DNA of 64,000 nt from Thermoleophilaceae bacterium (GTDB lineage: Bacteria; Actinomycetota; Thermoleophilia; Solirubrobacterales; Thermoleophilaceae). The number at the start of each line of letters is the position of its first letter. Positions within the stretch are counted from its first letter, which is position 1. Location: assembly GCA_037721005.1 (NCBI GenBank), contig JBBJNU010000001.1:782-64781 (forward strand). The letters are read 5' to 3'. The translations under genes were made by a program, and so were the position numbers. Below, piece after piece: positions 43,765 through 52,628 of this stretch. Under the pieces are notes generated by a model that had not been told where the DNA came from, did not search any database, and worked only from the letters and a program-made list of their open reading frames with translations.

Positions 43765-45345
43765 TCAGACCGCGCCGGTGGCGCTCGCCGGGTTCTCCTG
43801 CGCCCTGGCAGGATCGCCCGGGTTCTCGCCCATGCCCTGCCGCACCACGGGCCGCTTGGCGGCGCCGGCCTCGTCCAGGCGGCGCACCGGCGTCGTATAC
43901 GGGGCGTTCCTGGCGATCTCCGGGTCCTCCTCGGCTTCGCGCAGAATGGAGCGCACCACCTCGGCGAAGTGGTCCAGGCGCTCCTTGGGCTCGGTCTCGG
44001 TGGGCTCGATCATGAGCGCCTCGTCCACCAGAAGCGGGAAGTAGACCGTCGGCGGATGCACCTCGTGGTCGAGCATCCGCTTGGCGATGTCGAGGGTCTT
44101 TATCCCCAACTGGTCGCGGGCCCCCTTGCCCGAGAGCACGAACTCGTGCATGCAAATGCGGTCGAAGGCGATCGGCAGGTATCTCGCGATGTCGGGCGCG
44201 GCCAGCCGTGCGCGGAGGTAGTTGGCGTTGAGCACGGCCAGCTCGGACGCCTCGCGCAGACCCTCGGCTCCCAGCGAGCAGATGTAGGCGTAGGAGCGCA
44301 CGAACACGCCGAAGTTGCCCTGGAAGCCGCGCATCTTGCCGATCGACTTCGGACGGTCGTGGTCGAGGTCATAGCGAGGCCCGGCGCCGTTGCCCTCTGC
44401 TTCCGTGCGCACGACCTGCGGCCGCGGCAGGTAGGGCTCGATACGGTCGGACACCGCGATCGGCCCCGCTCCCGGACCACCGCCCCCGTGGGGCTGGGTG
44501 AAGGACTTGTGCAGGTTGTAGTGCACGATGTCGAAGCCCATGTCGCCGGGCCGGGAGATGCCCATTACGGCGTTCAGGTTCGCGCCGTCGTAGTAGAGGG
44601 TGGCTCCCACCCCGTGCACCACCTCGGCGATCTCTGAGATGTTGCGGTCGAAGAGCCCGAGCGTGTTGGGGTTGGTGAGCATGAGGCAGGCAACGTCTTC
44701 GGTCGCCTTGGCGCGAAGGTCGGCGATGTCCACGCCGCCGTGCTCGTCGGTGCCCACCTTCACCACCTCATAGCCCGCCATCGTGACGGTGGCGGGGTTG
44801 GTGCCGTGGGCCGTGTCGGGGGTGAGCACCTTGTGGCGGTGCTCGCCGCGATCTTCGTGGTAGGCGTGAGTGAGCAGCAGGCCGGCCAGCTCCCCATGCG
44901 AGCCGGCGCTCGGCTGCAACGAGACGTGGGGTAAGCCGGCGATCTCACCGAGGGCGCCCTGCAGGCGGTACATGAGCTCGAGGGCCCCCTGCGCGTACTC
45001 CGGGTCCTGCAACGGATGCAGGCGCGCGTGACCGGGCAGCGCCGCCACCCGCTCGTGGAGCTTGGGGTTGTGCTTCATCGTGCACGAGCCGAGCGGGTAG
45101 AAGCCGGCGTCGAGGTCGAAGTTCTTCTTCGAGAGCCCGTTGTAGTGGCGCACGATCTCGGGCTCGGAGACCTCGGGCAGCACTGCGGGTTCGGTGCGCC
45201 GCGCCCACCCGGGCAGCAGGTCCTCGAGGGGAGCCTCGGGCACCTCCTCAACGGGCGGCGTGAAAGCGCGTCGGCCTTCGACCGAGCGTTCGTAAATCGT
45301 GAGCGTGTCCTCATCGCCGCGAGGGTCGAGCTTCGCGTCGATCAT
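43765..45345 (-). CDS. gcvPB: glycine dehydrogenase (decarboxylating) subunit 2
   Basis: 526 aa. PLP-Lys context HYNLHKSFTQPHGGGGPG is typical of GcvPB. Confidence 0.92.
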   Translation of the reverse strand: MIDAKLDPRGDEDTLTIYERSVEGRRAFTPPVEEVPEAPLEDLLPGWARRTEPAVLPEVSEPEIVRHYNGLSKKNFDLDAGFYPLGSCTMKHNPKLHERVAALPGHARLHPLQDPEYAQGALELMYRLQGALGEIAGLPHVSLQPSAGSHGELAGLLLTHAYHEDRGEHRHKVLTPDTAHGTNPATVTMAGYEVVKVGTDEHGGVDIADLRAKATEDVACLMLTNPNTLGLFDRNISEIAEVVHGVGATLYYDGANLNAVMGISRPGDMGFDIVHYNLHKSFTQPHGGGGPGAGPIAVSDRIEPYLPRPQVVRTEAEGNGAGPRYDLDHDRPKSIGKMRGFQGNFGVFVRSYAYICSLGAEGLREASELAVLNANYLRARLAAPDIARYLPIAFDRICMHEFVLSGKGARDQLGIKTLDIAKRMLDHEVHPPTVYFPLLVDEALMIEPTETEPKERLDHFAEVVRSILREAEEDPEIARNAPYTTPVRRLDEAGAAKRPVVRQGMGENPGDPARAQENPASATGAV

Positions 45346-46688
45346 GCAGCCACGCCCTCGCGTACCGCGCCCACCAGGTGCGCCAGCTGGTCGATGTCGG
45401 CCTTCGTGCGCCGTTCGGTGATGGCCACAAGCAGGCCGTCCTCGTACTCCGGGTAGGTGTCTCGCAGCCGGTACCCGGGGTTCACGCCCTCGGCTCGCGC
45501 CCGCTCGAACAGCGTGTCGAGATCGGGCACCCGCACGGCGAACTCGCGCACCACGGGGCCGGCGTTGATGGCCTCGAGCCCCAGGGCCTCCCGCGCGTAA
45601 TGGGTGCGCCGGGCCATCAGCTCGCCCATCTCCACCAGACCCCGCTTGCCGAGCCAGGAGAGGTAGATCACCCCGGCCAGCGCGTTGAGCGCCTGGGCCG
45701 TGCAGATGTTGTGCGTGGCCTTCTCGCGGCGGATGTGTTGCTCGCGAGTCTGCAACGTGAGCACGAATCCGCGCTTGCCGTCCACGTCGCGGGTCTCGCC
45801 GGCGATCCGTCCCGGCATCTTGCGGATGAAGCGCTCGGCGGCGGAGAAGAAGCCAAAGGAAGGGCCACCGAAATCGAGCCGGTTGCCCAGCGTCTGGCCC
45901 TCGCCGACGCAGATGTCGGCGCCAAGCTCGCCGGGAGCCTTCAGGATGCCGAGGGGAAGCGGGTCGGCGGCCACCACGAAGAGCGCGCCGGTGCGCTTGG
46001 CGGCCTCCCCAAGGGCGCCCAACTCCTCCACGGTGCCGAGGAAGTTGGGCTGCTGTACGAACACCGCGGCCGTGTCGTCGTCCACCAGATCGGCCAAGGC
46101 CTCGATGTCGGTGGCGCCCTCAGCGTCAAGGCCCCCCTCCTCGACGGTCATCCGATACCCGGCCGCGTGGGTGGCGAGCGTCTCGCGCGAGTGGGGGTGC
46201 AGGCCACGCGAAACCACGAGCTTCGAGCGCTTGGTCTCCTGCTTGGCCAGGTACCCGGCGGCGGCCACCGCCGACGGTCCCTCGTACACCGAGGCGTTCG
46301 AGATCGGCAGTCCGGTGAGCTCTGAGATGGCCGTCTGGAACTCGAACATGACCTGGAGGCCGCCCTGGGAGATCTCGGGCTGGTAGGGCGTGTAGGGAGT
46401 GAGGAACTCCGAACGGGAGAGGATCGAGTCGATCAGCGCGGGCACGTAGTGGTCGTACATCCCCGCGCCCAGGAAGGTGACCTCGGAGTCGGCGTGGCGG
46501 TTGCGCGCCGCGAGACCCGACAAGTGGTCGAAGACCTCGCTCTCGGACATGCCGGCCGGAAGATCCAGCGGCCGGTCGAGCCGCACCGCCGCGGGGATCT
46601 CGTCGAAGAGCTCTTCGAGAGAGCCGACGCCTATGGCGTCGAGCATGGCCTTGCGGTCGGCGTCGGTTGCGGAGGTATAGGTGCTCAT
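45342..46688 (-). CDS. gcvPA: glycine dehydrogenase (decarboxylating) subunit 1
   Basis: The ATG at 46688 overlaps the gcvH stop (ATGA). FLGAGMYDHYVP and TPYQPEISQG motifs. Confidence 0.92.
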   Translation of the reverse strand: MSTYTSATDADRKAMLDAIGVGSLEELFDEIPAAVRLDRPLDLPAGMSESEVFDHLSGLAARNRHADSEVTFLGAGMYDHYVPALIDSILSRSEFLTPYTPYQPEISQGGLQVMFEFQTAISELTGLPISNASVYEGPSAVAAAGYLAKQETKRSKLVVSRGLHPHSRETLATHAAGYRMTVEEGGLDAEGATDIEALADLVDDDTAAVFVQQPNFLGTVEELGALGEAAKRTGALFVVAADPLPLGILKAPGELGADICVGEGQTLGNRLDFGGPSFGFFSAAERFIRKMPGRIAGETRDVDGKRGFVLTLQTREQHIRREKATHNICTAQALNALAGVIYLSWLGKRGLVEMGELMARRTHYAREALGLEAINAGPVVREFAVRVPDLDTLFERARAEGVNPGYRLRDTYPEYEDGLLVAITERRTKADIDQLAHLVGAVREGVAA

Positions 46689-47074
46689 GACTGCAGCAGG
46701 TTCTTGTACGCGCCCACGTCGAGGAGAGATTCGAGCTCCGAGGTGTCGGAGAGCTTGACCTTTACGAGCCAACCCTCGCCGTAGGGGTCCTCGTTGATCT
46801 GCTCGGGCGACTCCGCGAGCGCCCCGTTCACCTCGATGATCTCGCCCGACAGGGGCGCGAACACGTCCGAGACGGCCTTCACGGACTCGACCTCGGCGTA
46901 GGGCTGGTCCCTGGACAACGTCTCGCCCACCTCCGGCGGGTCGTAGAACACGACCTCACCCAACGCGTCCTGGGCGTACCAGGTGACCCCGAACACGGCC
47001 TCCTCGCCCTCGATGCGCGCCCAGTCGTGCTCGGCGTGGTACTTCAGGTCCTCGGGGTAGCTCTCATCGGCCAC
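46685..47074 (-). CDS. gcvH: glycine cleavage system protein H
   Basis: Lipoyl-Lys context VESVKAVSDV. GTG start with AGGAG 9 nt upstream. Confidence 0.92.
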   Translation of the reverse strand: MADESYPEDLKYHAEHDWARIEGEEAVFGVTWYAQDALGEVVFYDPPEVGETLSRDQPYAEVESVKAVSDVFAPLSGEIIEVNGALAESPEQINEDPYGEGWLVKVKLSDTSELESLLDVGAYKNLLQS

Positions 47075-47080
47075 TCTCGC

Positions 47081-48439
47081 CTACTCCTCGCGTTGGATGT
47101 TCTCGTTCGGTGCTCGCTCGATGTCTCGGTGCGGTGCTCGCCGGATCATCGATCCGGCTGCGCTCCTCCCGGATCGAGCTGCGCTCCTCCCGCTGGGTGG
47201 GTACAGGGGCTTCTCGCGAACCTCGGCGGCGCGTGGCTTGCCGCGCACGTCGACCTCGATGGCCGTGCCCTGCCGCGCCGCCGCTACCGGCACGTAGGCC
47301 ATGCCGATCCCCAGCCCGAGGCAGGGAGACATCGACCCGCTCGTGACCACGCCGTCGCCGGCCTCCGTGGTCACGGCGTTGCCCTGGCGCGGAATGCCGG
47401 GCCCGGTGAAGGCAAAGGGCACCAGCGCGTCGGTGGGCTCGGCGCCCCGAAGCGCTCGCGAGCCGATGAAGTCGGTGTCGAGCTTGCAGCACCACCCGAG
47501 GCCCGCCTCGATCGGGTTGCGCTCGGCCGAGAGGTCGTTGCCGTAGAGGTGAAAGCAAGCTTCGAGGCGCAGCGTGTCGCGCGCGCCGAGCCCGGCCGGA
47601 GTGACACCCTCTCCCACCAAGGCATCCCACAAGGTGGTCGCCCCTTCCGGGGGAGCCAGGATCTCCACGCCGTCCTCGCCCGTGTAGCCCGTGCCGCACA
47701 CGAGGCATCGCACGCCGGCCACCTCCAGGTCCGCCGTCCGCATGCGCTTGGGCAGCTCGCCGGCGCTGAGGCGGTCAACCGCGGCCCGAGCCTCGGGACC
47801 CTGCACAGCGAGCATCGCCCAGCCATCGCGCGCATCGGTGAGGGTGACCTCGAAGGACCCGGCCTGCTCCGTGAACCAGGCGAGGTCAGCCTCGTGGTTC
47901 GAGGCGTTGGTGACCGTGAGGTAGCGGTCGGGGGAAGTAGCCGTTCGGTGCTCGGCCGACCGACGGCGGCCTGCGCGCGTCTCGCTGAGCCGGTAGGTGA
48001 ACAGGTCGTCGAGCACGCCGCCGTCCTCGGCGCACAGCACCGAGTACTGCGCGCCGCGCTCGGCGATCTTCGTCACGTCGTTGGAGAGGATCGACTGTAG
48101 GAAGGCCTCCGCCTGGGGCCCGGTCGTCTCGATCTGGCCCATGTGCGACACGTCGAACACCCCCGCGCTCGAGCGCACGGCCACGTGCTCCGGACCCACC
48201 CCTTCGTACTGCACCGGCATCTCCCAGCCGGCAAAGGGCACGAGCCGCGCTCCGGCGGCCGCGTGGCGGTCGTGCAGCGGCGTGGTGAGAAGGGTCTCCG
48301 TGGGCGGCGTGATGGCGCCTGGGAGGCTAGATGATGGCGCGGCGCCGCCTGCTGGGGTTACGCTGGCGCCGTGCGAGTGAAGCGGGTGACCCGCGGCCCG
48401 CTGTTCGCCGACGACGGGCCGCGCACTGCCCGGGTTCAA
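47081..48439 (-). CDS. gcvT: aminomethyltransferase (glycine cleavage T protein); start codon uncertain, C-terminus extended through a repeat element
   Basis: TPLHDRHAAAGARLVPFAGWEMPVQY...VFDVSHMGQ core. The only canonical in-frame start upstream of the conserved N-terminus is TTG 48439. The last 35-40 or so codons are encoded by repeat 47105..47191. Confidence 0.85.
   Translation of the reverse strand: MNPGSARPVVGEQRAAGHPLHSHGASVTPAGGAAPSSSLPGAITPPTETLLTTPLHDRHAAAGARLVPFAGWEMPVQYEGVGPEHVAVRSSAGVFDVSHMGQIETTGPQAEAFLQSILSNDVTKIAERGAQYSVLCAEDGGVLDDLFTYRLSETRAGRRRSAEHRTATSPDRYLTVTNASNHEADLAWFTEQAGSFEVTLTDARDGWAMLAVQGPEARAAVDRLSAGELPKRMRTADLEVAGVRCLVCGTGYTGEDGVEILAPPEGATTLWDALVGEGVTPAGLGARDTLRLEACFHLYGNDLSAERNPIEAGLGWCCKLDTDFIGSRALRGAEPTDALVPFAFTGPGIPRQGNAVTTEAGDGVVTSGSMSPCLGLGIGMAYVPVAAARQGTAIEVDVRGKPRAAEVREKPLYPPSGRSAARSGRSAAGSMIRRAPHRDIERAPNENIQREE
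47105..47191. repeat. composite repeat element, copy L (inverted relative to copy R)
   Basis: Its reverse complement aligns by hand to 49474..49560 at about 78/87. It contains two 21-nt GGGAGGAGCGCAGC(C/T)(C/G)GATC units and two GCGAGCACCG(C/A)AC units, plus the perfect hairpin GCCGGATC-ATC-GATCCGGC. Confidence 0.85.
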
Positions 48440-49435
48440 CGCCGGGCCAAGGGCATCGCGATCGAGGCCGGCGCACTCGCGATCCTGACGGTGGCCTTTC
48501 CGTTGGTGCTCGCCGCCGCGGCGCTGGTGGATCTCGCGTTGTGGCTCATCCGCCGCAAGCCGTGGATGGCCGTGCGCCTCACCTGCATGGCGTGGTGGTT
48601 CCTGTTCGGCGAGCTGAGGGGCATCACGGGCCTCGCGGGCATCTGGCTGATCACCGGTGGACCCCTCGGCGCCCGCTCGCTCAAGCGCCGGCGCCTGGTC
48701 TATGACCTTCGCATCCACTGGGCGCGGAGCCACCTGGAAGGGGTGCGCGTGCTGTTCGGCCTCACCTTCGAGTTCGAGGGCCTCGAGAACGCCGGGCCCG
48801 GACCCGTGCTCATCCTCATACGTCACGCGAGCATCATCGACAACACGCTTCCCGACGCCGTGATCGGGCACACCCACGGGCTCGGCCTGCGCTTCGTGCT
48901 CAAGCGCGAGCTGCAGATGATCCCGACCATCGACGTTGGGGGCCGCATGGTGCCCACGAACTTCGTACGGCGCGGCTCCACCGACACGGCCGGGGAGGTA
49001 CGGCGCCTGCGGCGGCTCGCGAACGATCTCGGGGACAGCGAGGGCATCCTCATCTACCCCGAGGGCACCCGCTACACCGCTGAGAAGCTCGCCAAGGCCC
49101 AGGAGCTCATCACCGAGCGCCAGCCCGCGATCGCTCCGCTGGCCGCCCGCCTGCGCAACGTGCTCCCGCCACGGCTCGGCGGGCCACTCGCGCTGCTCGA
49201 GGAGAGCCGCGGGGCCGACGTGGTGGTGTGCGGCCACGTGGGCCTCGACGGCTTCGAGTACATCTCGGACATCTGGGCGGGCGGCCTGGTGGGCACGACC
49301 GTGCGGGTGCGCTTCTGGCGTTATTCAGCCGACGAGGTGCCCACCGATGAGGGCGAGCGCGCGGCCTGGCTGTACGAGTGCTGGCAGGCCCTCGACGACT
49401 GGGTCGGCGAGGTTCGAGCGGCTAAGCGTTCTTAG
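48371..49435 (+). CDS. lysophospholipid (1-acyl-sn-glycerol-3-phosphate) acyltransferase family protein with N-terminal TM helices
   Basis: HxxxxD box HASIID and YPEGTR motif of the PlsC family. GTG start. Confidence 0.8.
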   Translation: MRVKRVTRGPLFADDGPRTARVQRRAKGIAIEAGALAILTVAFPLVLAAAALVDLALWLIRRKPWMAVRLTCMAWWFLFGELRGITGLAGIWLITGGPLGARSLKRRRLVYDLRIHWARSHLEGVRVLFGLTFEFEGLENAGPGPVLILIRHASIIDNTLPDAVIGHTHGLGLRFVLKRELQMIPTIDVGGRMVPTNFVRRGSTDTAGEVRRLRRLANDLGDSEGILIYPEGTRYTAEKLAKAQELITERQPAIAPLAARLRNVLPPRLGGPLALLEESRGADVVVCGHVGLDGFEYISDIWAGGLVGTTVRVRFWRYSADEVPTDEGERAAWLYECWQALDDWVGEVRAAKRS

Positions 49436-49451
49436 GCGCGCAGACCGACAC

Positions 49452-49560
49452 GGGAGGGGGCGCAGCCCGATCTGGGAGGAGCGCAGCCCGATCCGGGAGG
49501 AGCGCAGCACGATCGTCGATCGGGCGAGCACCGCACCGAGTCATCGGGCGAGCACCGGAC
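49452..49560. repeat. composite repeat element, copy R (three 21-22-nt units plus two about 24-nt units)
   Basis: Tandem GGGAGGGGGCGCAGCCCGATCT / GGGAGGAGCGCAGCCCGATCC / GGGAGGAGCGCAGCACGATCG, followed by two ATCGGGCGAGCACCG.ACC units. Lies between the convergent plsC-like and ftsZ stops. Confidence 0.85.
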
Positions 49561-49567
49561 CATTTCA

Positions 49568-50656
49568 TCAGTCCTTCAGGAACGACGGAATGTCGATGTC
49601 GTCATCCGATATCTCCAGCGAGGAGCGCTGGCGGTCGTCCATCTCCACGTCGCGCCGGCGCGGCTCGCGCCTGCGGCCGGTCGTGTCCTCGGTGAACATC
49701 GGACCTCCACTGCGGCCGTCGAAGCCGGTGGCGATCACCGTGACCCGCACGCCGTCCTCCATCCCGTCGTCCACCACCGCTCCGAAGATGATGTTGGAGT
49801 TCTGGTCGGTGGCGCTCTGGATGATCTCGGCCGCCTCGTTCACCTCGAACAGGCCGAGGTCCGAGCCTCCGGTGATGTTGAGCAGGATGCCCGTGGCGCC
49901 CTCCACCGACTGCTCCAGCAGCGGGCTCGAGATCGCGTTCTTGGCCGCCTCGGACGCACGCTGCTCCCCGCTGGCCTCGCCGATGCCCATCAGCGCCGAG
50001 CCGGCGTCCTGCATGATCGTGCGCACGTCGGCGAAGTCGAGGTTGATCAGGCCGGGGATCGTGATCAGGTCGGTGATGCCCTGTACGCCCTGGCGCAGCA
50101 CGTTGTCGGCCTCGCGGAAGGCCTCGAGGATGCTCGTGCGCCGCTCAACCACGGCGAGCAGCTTCTCGTTGGGGATCACGATGAGGGTGTCCACCTGTTC
50201 ACGCAGGCGGCTGATCCCCTCGTCGGACTGGCGGCGACGCTGCGAGCCCTCGAAGTCGAAGGGGCGGGTCACCACACCGACCGTGAGCGCGCCGATCTCC
50301 TGCTTGGCCACCTCGGCGATCACCGGGGCGGAGCCGGTACCGGTGCCGCCGCCCTCACCGGCCGTGACGAAGACCATGTCCGCGCCCTTGAGAGACTCCT
50401 TCAGCTCGTCGCGGCTCTCGTTGGCTGCGCCGTAGCCCACCTCAGGGTCCGCACCGGCGCCGAGGCCGCGCGTTAGCTGGTTGCCGATCTGCAGCTTCAC
50501 GTCGGCGTCGCACATGGCGAGGGCCTGGGCGTCGGTGTTCACCGCGATGAACTCGACGCCCTTCAGGCCGGCGTCGACCATGCGGTTCACCGCGTTCGTC
50601 CCGCCGCCGCCGACGCCCACGACCTTTATGACTGCGAGATAGCTGCCCGTGTCCAT
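49568..50656 (-). CDS. ftsZ: cell division GTPase FtsZ
   Basis: [10 protein letters not shown], tubulin signature [11 protein letters not shown] and C-terminal DIDIPSFL peptide. Confidence 0.95.
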   Translation of the reverse strand: MDTGSYLAVIKVVGVGGGGTNAVNRMVDAGLKGVEFIAVNTDAQALAMCDADVKLQIGNQLTRGLGAGADPEVGYGAANESRDELKESLKGADMVFVTAGEGGGTGTGSAPVIAEVAKQEIGALTVGVVTRPFDFEGSQRRRQSDEGISRLREQVDTLIVIPNEKLLAVVERRTSILEAFREADNVLRQGVQGITDLITIPGLINLDFADVRTIMQDAGSALMGIGEASGEQRASEAAKNAISSPLLEQSVEGATGILLNITGGSDLGLFEVNEAAEIIQSATDQNSNIIFGAVVDDGMEDGVRVTVIATGFDGRSGGPMFTEDTTGRRREPRRRDVEMDDRQRSSLEISDDDIDIPSFLKD

Positions 50657-50753
50657 TGCGGAAATCCTAACCTCTGTCGTCTCGGGGATTCTGTCCGAAG
50701 GTCAAGCGATACTTGAGGGTTTCCCCAAGCCACACACCTCGCCAGAAACCCGG

Positions 50754-50783
50754 ACCTTAGGCGTGATTCGACAGAAGTGTCAA
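50754..50783 (-). promoter_or_regulatory. candidate sigma-70-type promoter for ftsZ (TTGACA-N18-TAAGGT)
   Basis: Read on the minus strand in the 194-bp lower-GC ftsQ-ftsZ spacer: -35 at 50783..50778 and -10 at 50759..50754, about 100 nt upstream of the ATG. Confidence 0.4.
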
Positions 50784-50850
50784 CCAACCCTGCAAGAAAT
50801 CGTGCCTAATAACCCTCAACTTTACGTTAAGTGTTGTCCGTAGTCTCGAC

Positions 50851-51720
50851 TCAAGGTTGAGGCTCCCCGAGGGCCGGGTCGACGGTCGGAGGGGGAGCCG
50901 TCTCCTCACCCGCGGGCGCGACCGGCGCCACCGTTTGCACGGGCAAGCCACCGGCCGCGGGGCGCTCGGGGATGGTGAGGTCGATGTACTCAGCGCCGGT
51001 CGAGTCCTCATGAGCAAGCACGCGAGCGGCGGCCGCCCACTTCGCGCCGAGTCGCGCCCCGGTTCCGAACACGAGCTCCGGGCCGTCCCTGAGTTGCAAC
51101 ACCACGCCCCGCTGCCCATCGAGGGCGCCCTTCTCCAGCTTCTCCTCCAACGCGACCGGCGCCTTGCCGAGTACCGAGACCACGTTCAGCGCGTCCCCGC
51201 CCTCCAGGCGCCCGACCGGCGCGGGGCCTTCTTCGCGCACCTCCGGCAGCCCATCCAGGTACTCGAGGCCGGGGAGCACCGTGCCGTCCCCAGCTACCGC
51301 GACACGGCTCTCTCCGGCCACCACGACGGCGGCCGGACGCCGTTCGACCACGGTGATCCTCAAACCACTCGGGAAGTCCCCCCGGGCCTCGAGGGCGCGC
51401 ACCTCGGGAAAGCCCGAGACGGCCCGCTCGAGAGCCTCCTGGTCCACGTGAAGCGAAGTCATCCTGCGCCCGGCGCGCACCAGGGCAGAGCGAATCTTCC
51501 CGGCGTCCTTGGAGGTGAGCCCGCTCACCGACACCTCGTCCACGGCGACGAGCCCGGAGTCGCGCAGCCAGAGGAAGCAGCCGGCGAAGATCAGGACCGC
51601 GGCCGCGAGCGCCGCCACGATGGTGCGATTGCCCCGCAGCCCCAGGCCGAGGGTGGTCCATAGGCGCGCGAGGTCGGACCGGCTGCGCAGCAGCTCAGGA
51701 AGGCGGGCGCGGATGCTCAC
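50851..51720 (-). CDS. ftsQ: cell division protein FtsQ/DivIB
   Basis: Single N-terminal TM helix, then a POTRA-like segment (VDEVSVSGL...). Position between murB and ftsZ. Confidence 0.75.
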   Translation of the reverse strand: MSIRARLPELLRSRSDLARLWTTLGLGLRGNRTIVAALAAAVLIFAGCFLWLRDSGLVAVDEVSVSGLTSKDAGKIRSALVRAGRRMTSLHVDQEALERAVSGFPEVRALEARGDFPSGLRITVVERRPAAVVVAGESRVAVAGDGTVLPGLEYLDGLPEVREEGPAPVGRLEGGDALNVVSVLGKAPVALEEKLEKGALDGQRGVVLQLRDGPELVFGTGARLGAKWAAAARVLAHEDSTGAEYIDLTIPERPAAGGLPVQTVAPVAPAGEETAPPPTVDPALGEPQP

Positions 51721-52628
51721 CAGCCGAGGAGCCCTGACCCGTCTACCTCACCGAGAAGCTGCACCTCGGCGTCGAGCTCGACCCCGAAGCGCTCACGTAC
51801 ACGGCGCTTGCCCTCGGCCATAAGGGCCATCACCTCGGCCGTGGTGGCCGCGCCGGTGTTCTCCACGAAGTTTGCGTGCTTGTCCGAGAACCGCGCCCCA
51901 CCGTTCGCGAGGCCCCGGCAGCCCGCCTCGTCGAGCAGCACCCCGGCGCTGCGGCCCTCCGCGCGCGGATCGTCGGGATTCTTGAAGGTCGAGCCAAACG
52001 TCTTGATGCCCGAGGGCTGGGCGGCCCGCCGGCGCTCGCGCATCGAGGCCAGGGTGGCCTTCACCTGCGCCGGGTCGGTGGGCTCCAGGCCAAACGAGGC
52101 GCGCGCCACGATCTCGTGCCTCTCCAGGTTCGAGCGCCGGTAGGAGAAGCCGAGCTCCTCGGGGCCCCGGCGATCGGTGCCCTCGGGCGATGCGATCTCC
52201 ACCCACTCGAGCACCCGGGAGAGGTCGCCACCGTAGGCGTTGGCGTTCATCTTCACCGCCCCTCCGACCGTGCCGGGGATGTTCACGCCGAACTCGAGCC
52301 CCGTGAGGCCCTCCCGTGCGGCTCGAGCGGCGGCTTGGGGCAGCCGGGCGCCGCCGCCGCAGCGCATGCGCGATCCCTCACGCTCGATGGAGGCGAGCGA
52401 TCCGTCGAGCTTCAGCACAAGTCCTCGGAATCCGTCATCCGCTACGAGGAGGTTCGATCCCGAGCCCACCACTCCTACCTCGACGCCTTCCTTCCCGGCC
52501 CAGCTCAGCAGTTCGGTGAGGCGCTCCTGGGAGTCGGGACGGGCGTAGAAGTCGGCCGGTCCGCCCGTGCGCACCGTGGTGAGCCGGGCCAGCGGAAAGT
52601 CCGCCTGCACTCCGTCGGGTCGAGTCAA
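51717..52628 (-). CDS. murB: UDP-N-acetylenolpyruvoylglucosamine reductase
   Basis: PLARLTTVRTGGPADF N-terminus, GSGSNLLV and FKNP motifs. The TTG at 52628 overlaps the murC TGA. The longer track N-terminus is shadow over murC. Confidence 0.88.
   Translation of the reverse strand: MTRPDGVQADFPLARLTTVRTGGPADFYARPDSQERLTELLSWAGKEGVEVGVVGSGSNLLVADDGFRGLVLKLDGSLASIEREGSRMRCGGGARLPQAAARAAREGLTGLEFGVNIPGTVGGAVKMNANAYGGDLSRVLEWVEIASPEGTDRRGPEELGFSYRRSNLERHEIVARASFGLEPTDPAQVKATLASMRERRRAAQPSGIKTFGSTFKNPDDPRAEGRSAGVLLDEAGCRGLANGGARFSDKHANFVENTGAATTAEVMALMAEGKRRVRERFGVELDAEVQLLGEVDGSGLLGW

Noticed and set aside
47930-47990. An extra roughly 14-residue insertion in GcvT (TRAGRRRSAEHRTATSP) as a fourth fragment of the repeat, since it shares gagcaccgaac.
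   Set aside because: Only an 11-mer is shared, and it is in a different frame. A similar ggtgctcgcc string also occurs by chance in the PHP gene (26670). That is too weak to call.
48300-48800. Glycine riboswitch upstream of gcvT.
   Set aside because: I found no aptamer-like conserved blocks by eye, and the region is occupied by the acyltransferase coding sequence. This is reported as an absence to verify with a covariance model, not as a feature.
48440-49237. The N-terminal roughly 265 residues of the 718-aa track ORF 47081..49237, and similar very long ORFs such as 57970..59871, 55859..57493, 12122..13195, 18050..19003 and 23961..25127.
   Set aside because: They run antisense or out of frame across genes with clear homology-type motifs. 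They have Arg/Gly/Pro/Ala-rich low-complexity translations and lack recognisable domains. They are typical shadow ORFs of GC-rich DNA.
49452-49520. Tandem 21-22-nt units as a possible mini CRISPR array.
   Set aside because: The units are directly adjacent with no unique spacers. There are only three of them, no cas genes are nearby, and the same module occurs inverted at 47105..47191.
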